64,000 bases of DNA from a bacterium (GTDB lineage Bacteria; UBA8248; JACPRG01; G963555815). Within the stretch, counting starts at the first letter, position 1, and each line of letters begins with the position of its first letter. The stretch is from positions 800,001-864,000 of the forward strand of contig CAUVWX020000001.1 of assembly GCA_963555815.3 (NCBI GenBank), read 5' to 3'. Position numbers and translations under genes: made by a program. The notes under the pieces are model-generated. The model saw only the letters and a list, made by a program, of their open reading frames with translations, was not told where the DNA came from and ran no database searches. Shown one piece after another: positions 60,059 to 64,000 of this stretch.

Positions 60059-61063
60059 CTATCTGGATTGTCGGTAACGCCGAACGGCTTTCACGTGCTC
60101 TTCGAGGGTTTTTGAGAACTCATGGCCCCCGTCCCCTCGCGCGACGAAATAGAGGTAGTCCACGGGGGCGGGGTTGACGGCGGCCTTGAGGGAGGCGAGC
60201 CCAGGGCTCGCAATGGGACCCGGGGGGAGACCGTGGTGACGATAGGTGTTGTAGGGGGAGTTGACCCGAAGGTCCTCCTTCGTGAGTGGCCCAGCCGTCC
60301 TGCCCAGAGCGTACAGGACCGTCGGGTCACCCTGGAGGCGGACTCCCTGCTGGAGGCGATTGTGATAAACCGCAGAGATGAGCGGACGCTCTTCGTCCAG
60401 GTAGGTCTCCCGCTCGATGATCGAGGCCAGGGTCAGCGCCTCGTGAGGGCTCAGCCCCAAGGTCCTCCCCTGGGCCTGCATCTCTTCCGTGAACCGCGCC
60501 CTAAACGTCTCCACCATCTCGCGGATCAGAGTCCGGGCCGATATCCCTTTCGCAAAGGAATACGTTTCAGGGAAGAGGTAGCCCTCAAGACTTTGGGCCT
60601 TAAGATCTAGCTCGGCGAGTAAATCCGTATCCTGCGAGAGGGCCGTGATCTCCTGGTAACTCGCCAGGCCCGCTTGTTCCGCCGCCCGGGCGACCTCGGC
60701 CAGCGTGAACCCTTCGGGGACGGTGAATGAATGGAGGACCACATCGCCGCGACGAAGTATTCCCAGGATCTGGGACGGCGATAAGGAGGCACTCAGCCGA
60801 TACTCGCCCGCCTGAAGACTTCGGGAGGCCCCTCGAAAGAGGGCCATGAGGCTGAAAATCTCCCACCGCCAGATGATCCTCTCCTCCTGAAGGAACTGGG
60901 AGATCTCCAGAAGCCCGGCCCCCTTTCTGACCTCGACAATCCGCTCAGAGACCCCTCTTTGAAAGGGAAGAAGGGTCGCCAGGAGGATCCCCCCCAGGGC
61001 CACGGCCACGAGGAGGACCACGCCTAGGAAGACCCATCCCTTCCGCCTGGCAGGACGTCTCAA
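60059..61063 (-). CDS. mltG: Endolytic transglycosylase
   Basis: TVPEG, LEGYLFPETY, LASIIERE, LQGDPT, SPYNTY..GLPPGPI, YFVA. Confidence 0.95.
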   Translation of the reverse strand: MRRPARRKGWVFLGVVLLVAVALGGILLATLLPFQRGVSERIVEVRKGAGLLEISQFLQEERIIWRWEIFSLMALFRGASRSLQAGEYRLSASLSPSQILGILRRGDVVLHSFTVPEGFTLAEVARAAEQAGLASYQEITALSQDTDLLAELDLKAQSLEGYLFPETYSFAKGISARTLIREMVETFRARFTEEMQAQGRTLGLSPHEALTLASIIERETYLDEERPLISAVYHNRLQQGVRLQGDPTVLYALGRTAGPLTKEDLRVNSPYNTYRHHGLPPGPIASPGLASLKAAVNPAPVDYLYFVARGDGGHEFSKTLEEHVKAVRRYRQSR

Positions 61064-61088
61064 AAAATTCCCCTTCCTGTTCTCCGCC

Positions 61089-62705
61089 TCACCGCCTCAA
61101 CTTTCGCCGAAGGGCAAGGAAGAAGAGGACGATCTGGATGGGGCCAAAGACGCTGAGAGCGGTCGTCAGCCATTGGGCAAGTCCGGGGGTCGGGTAGAGC
61201 TCCCGGCCCAGGGAAAGAGGGAGCGTCCGAAGGAGGGTGGCGCTCCGAAAAGAATAGAGGACCGGATCGCCGATATTTTCCCGGAGCCATCTCACATTCT
61301 CTTTGGGCCAGAGCCAGAAGCGTTGGGTCACCGGGGAGGGCACGGCACTGACCTGTATCGGGACGAATTCGCCAACCGCATTTCTCGCCTCTAAAAAGCC
61401 CGGAGACACCGTGAAGGGAACGGCGAGAAGGAGCACGAGGAGCAGGAACACCCCGAATGCCCTCTGGTAGCTTTCGCCATATCCACTTGCGAGCCTGTAA
61501 AGATTCAGGGCGCCAATCCCGTGCCGCCAGAAGGGGTGCTGTCGCAATCGCCTCATCTGCATCTCGCCATAGTGGAAAGTTCCTGCCGTGGCGAAGTCCT
61601 TCGCGTCTTCATAGTTCTTTTTGAGCTGTTGATAGAGGATCTGCGTGAGGCGAAGGCGGTTCTTCTTCTCTCCCGCGTCTTCTTTAGATTTCCGTAATTG
61701 AATCTCGTCATGAAGGACGTTGTTCCGATTTTTGTCTTTTGCCCAGGTGCAATTCAGAAAATCCACACCCCGAAGATCTGTCCCCAGGAAAGAGGTCCGG
61801 CCGAGATAGACTTCCTGGAATTGAACCTTTGTCCTCTCATCAAAGAGAGCGTCCCGGAACATGGCCTCCCCGTGGTCAGAAAATATGAAAGTCTGCGGGA
61901 CAAGGAACGCTTCACCGCTCTCTTCCATGACTCCCGCTGTGCCTCTGAAGGCCACCGCGCCTGTAAAGCACGCCCGCGTGAAATTAACCCTTCCAAGGAA
62001 CCGCGTCTGCTCAAAGCGCACCCCCTCGCAAAACGTGGCCCCGCGGAAGTCTGCCCTCTCGCCAAAGATGGCGTTGGGGAAGATGGTCCCCTCTCCAAAG
62101 GTGGCCTCACGGAAGTCCATCCCTGCCCCAAAGGTGGCGTGGGTGAAGCTCGTCCCCTCTCCGAAGGTGGCGTGGGAGAAGCTCGTCCCCTTTTCGAACG
62201 TGGCGTGGGAGAAGCTCGTCCCCTTTTCGAACGTGGCCCGTCCGAAGAGCGTGTCCTCCCCGAACTCGGCCCCGATGAAGTCCGCCCCCTCTCCGAAGGT
62301 GGCGTGAATGAAGCTTGTCCCCTCTCCGAAGACGGCGTGAGTGAAGCGTGCCCCTTTTCCGAACGTAGCCCGGAAGAAGCGGGTTCCCCTTCCGAAGGTG
62401 GAGAAGGTGAAGTCCGCCTCCTCTCCAAAAGTGGCGTACGACAGCCGCAATCCGGGTTCCTCACGAATCCGGGTGATTTCTCCCAGTTTGACGAGATGAG
62501 GGAAAACGAACCCTCGAAGGTCGTAGGATGGCAACCCGGCCTGCGAGATGATCTCGCTCAGGCGCCGGGTGAACTCCTCCTGGTCCTTATCGTGGTCTTT
62601 CCAGTGAAAAAAGCACATCCCATCGGCGCCTGGATGCTGTTCATAGGCGCACCGGTAGTCCTCTAGCACTGGATGCTTCCAGGTACATTTTGAAGAGTTC
62701 GCCAT
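61089..62705 (-). CDS. Pentapeptide-type (11-aa unit) repeat protein with Cys/His N-terminus and C-terminal membrane domain
   Basis: About 15 ATFGEGTSFxx units; FHYGEM..R, GYGES followed by two TM segments. Confidence 0.85.
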   Translation of the reverse strand: MANSSKCTWKHPVLEDYRCAYEQHPGADGMCFFHWKDHDKDQEEFTRRLSEIISQAGLPSYDLRGFVFPHLVKLGEITRIREEPGLRLSYATFGEEADFTFSTFGRGTRFFRATFGKGARFTHAVFGEGTSFIHATFGEGADFIGAEFGEDTLFGRATFEKGTSFSHATFEKGTSFSHATFGEGTSFTHATFGAGMDFREATFGEGTIFPNAIFGERADFRGATFCEGVRFEQTRFLGRVNFTRACFTGAVAFRGTAGVMEESGEAFLVPQTFIFSDHGEAMFRDALFDERTKVQFQEVYLGRTSFLGTDLRGVDFLNCTWAKDKNRNNVLHDEIQLRKSKEDAGEKKNRLRLTQILYQQLKKNYEDAKDFATAGTFHYGEMQMRRLRQHPFWRHGIGALNLYRLASGYGESYQRAFGVFLLLVLLLAVPFTVSPGFLEARNAVGEFVPIQVSAVPSPVTQRFWLWPKENVRWLRENIGDPVLYSFRSATLLRTLPLSLGRELYPTPGLAQWLTTALSVFGPIQIVLFFLALRRKLRR

Positions 62706-62804
62706 AGGCTTTCCTCAACGCAACGTCGCGCGAACAACACCCAATCTGCCCTTGAGGCAGTGGGTCAACGGCCGGCAGAAAGGCTCGTCCTGGAGGTCGC
62801 CCTT

Positions 62805-63815
62805 CTACTCCTCCTCTTCATCCTCCGACGGCAACTCGCAGTTTAGGAAATCAACACCCTCAAGGTTTGTCCCGTGAAAGGAGGCCTCTCCCAGATCGAC
62901 CTCTCGGAACCTGACCTTTGCCTTCTGTTGAAACTTCACGTTATGAAACACCACCTGCCCCGAAAAGCTCGTCTTAAAAAAGTGCACCAAGCCGACGAAA
63001 GCGGCCCCATTGAAGTCCGCCCCCTCTTCGAAGGTGGCCCCGGAGAAATCCGTTCCGTCCCCGAAGGTCGCCTGATAGTAGGTCAATCCCTGACCGAACT
63101 TGGCTTCAAAGAAGTTCACCTCCTGGCCGAAGGTGATCCCGCGGAAGTTTGTCTTCTCTCCGAAGTGAGCCCGGGAGAAGCTCGTCCCCTCTCCGAAGGT
63201 GACCCACATGAAGAGCGCCTGATCGCCGAAGGCGGCCCCGTTGAAGTCCGCCCCATCGCCGAAGGTGGTCCCACTGAAGTCCACGGCCCGGCCGAATGTG
63301 GTACCCGGGAACTTCGTCTCCTTGCCGAAGGTGGCATTGTCGAAGCGCGCCTCATCGTCGAAGGTGGCCTCGGAGAAGAGCGTCCCATCTCCAAAGGTGG
63401 CGCTCATGAAGTCCGCTCCCATTCCAAAGTTTACGCCCGAGAAGTTCGTCCCATTTGCGAAGCTGCTGTGGGAGAAGTCCGTCTCACCTGGAAAAGCGAC
63501 CCCGGAGAAGTCCGTCCCATCCCCAAACACGGCAAGGCGGAACACGCACCGGAGGTTCTGATGGCTTTTCATGAAGTCTCCCAGGCGGATGCCGTGAGGG
63601 AAAACAACGCCTCGGAGGTCAAGTCTCAGTAAAGTGCTCTCGGAGACGAGAGAGACGAACTGGTTCAGGCGTTTAACAAACTCTTCCCGATCCTTATCGT
63701 GATTTCCCCAGTGAAGAAAGCACATTCCACCGGCGTCAGGATCATCATGCGACGCGTGGGCACACTTGTAGGAAGGTATATCCGGATGGCCCCACGCGCA
63801 CTTTGGAGCACTCAC
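62805..63815 (-). CDS. Soluble paralogous pentapeptide-type repeat protein
   Basis: Same KCxWxHP..YxC..GMCFxHW..HDKD N-terminus; about 18 11-aa units; acidic tail; GAGGAGG SD. Confidence 0.85.
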   Translation of the reverse strand: MSAPKCAWGHPDIPSYKCAHASHDDPDAGGMCFLHWGNHDKDREEFVKRLNQFVSLVSESTLLRLDLRGVVFPHGIRLGDFMKSHQNLRCVFRLAVFGDGTDFSGVAFPGETDFSHSSFANGTNFSGVNFGMGADFMSATFGDGTLFSEATFDDEARFDNATFGKETKFPGTTFGRAVDFSGTTFGDGADFNGAAFGDQALFMWVTFGEGTSFSRAHFGEKTNFRGITFGQEVNFFEAKFGQGLTYYQATFGDGTDFSGATFEEGADFNGAAFVGLVHFFKTSFSGQVVFHNVKFQQKAKVRFREVDLGEASFHGTNLEGVDFLNCELPSEDEEEE

Positions 63816-63866
63816 TTTGTTCCTCCTCGTTCAGGTTAAGGTGACGCCGGGCGAACCCGGGGGTTA

Positions 63867-64000
63867 TTATCCGTAGGTTCCCACACTGGGATCGATCTCT
63901 CGCGCCCAGGTGTCGATGCCGCCCCGAAGGTTTTTTACCTTTTCGAAGTCCCGCTCCCTGAGGAACTGGGTGACCGAGGCGCTCCGCTGACCGAGGTGGC
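63867..64000 (-). CDS. Rhodanese domain, C-terminal part (gene truncated by the window edge)
   Basis: Hand translation HLGQRSASVTQFLRERDFEKVKNLRGGIDTWAREIDPSVGTYG*. Confidence 0.8.
   Translation of the reverse strand, partial: HLGQRSASVTQFLRERDFEKVKNLRGGIDTWAREIDPSVGTYG

Noticed and set aside
62040..63500. 33-bp periodicity as CRISPR array or DGR template/variable repeat
   Set aside because: Coding 11-aa repeats; no reverse transcriptase in the window and variation is not adenine-specific.

Overview
GC-rich chromosomal segment of a Gram-negative (Kdo/LPS-making) bacterium; I cannot assign the taxon from sequence alone. Left to right: (1) a surface-polysaccharide cluster (2x GT9, 3x GT4, Wzx flippase, WcaJ-type priming transferase) running into kdsB-pyrG-kdsA; (2) ethD and nth; (3) a 3167-bp IS1595-family element (13276-16442) with 24-bp TIRs and an 8-bp target duplication that is the nth start, carrying a micro-ORF, a wHTH-like ORF, a tRNA-like RNA, two candidate sRNA units, a 36-bp perfect palindrome and a HicB-like/HicA-like pair with a dead toxin; (4) a heterodimeric ABC exporter and TPP-riboswitch-controlled thiS-thiG plus thiE; (5) a frameshifted secreted caspase-like/TPR/repeat protein; (6) hpnCDE-dcd; (7) two secreted WD40 proteins, a selenocysteine (UxxC) peroxiredoxin-like gene missed by the ORF track, lexA and a CsoR/Spy/CopA copper module; (8) a poly-G-split cold-shock protein gene; (9) a housekeeping block priA-def-fmt-rsmB-PASTA-rpe-ffh-rpsP-KH-rimM-trmD-rplS-rnhB-yraN, convergent with mltG-DUF502-valS-birA-coaX; (10) two 11-residue pentapeptide-type repeat proteins and a partial rhodanese. 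The best candidate for an undescribed system is the RNA-rich IS1595 element. All family calls come from recognising motifs by eye, not from database searches.
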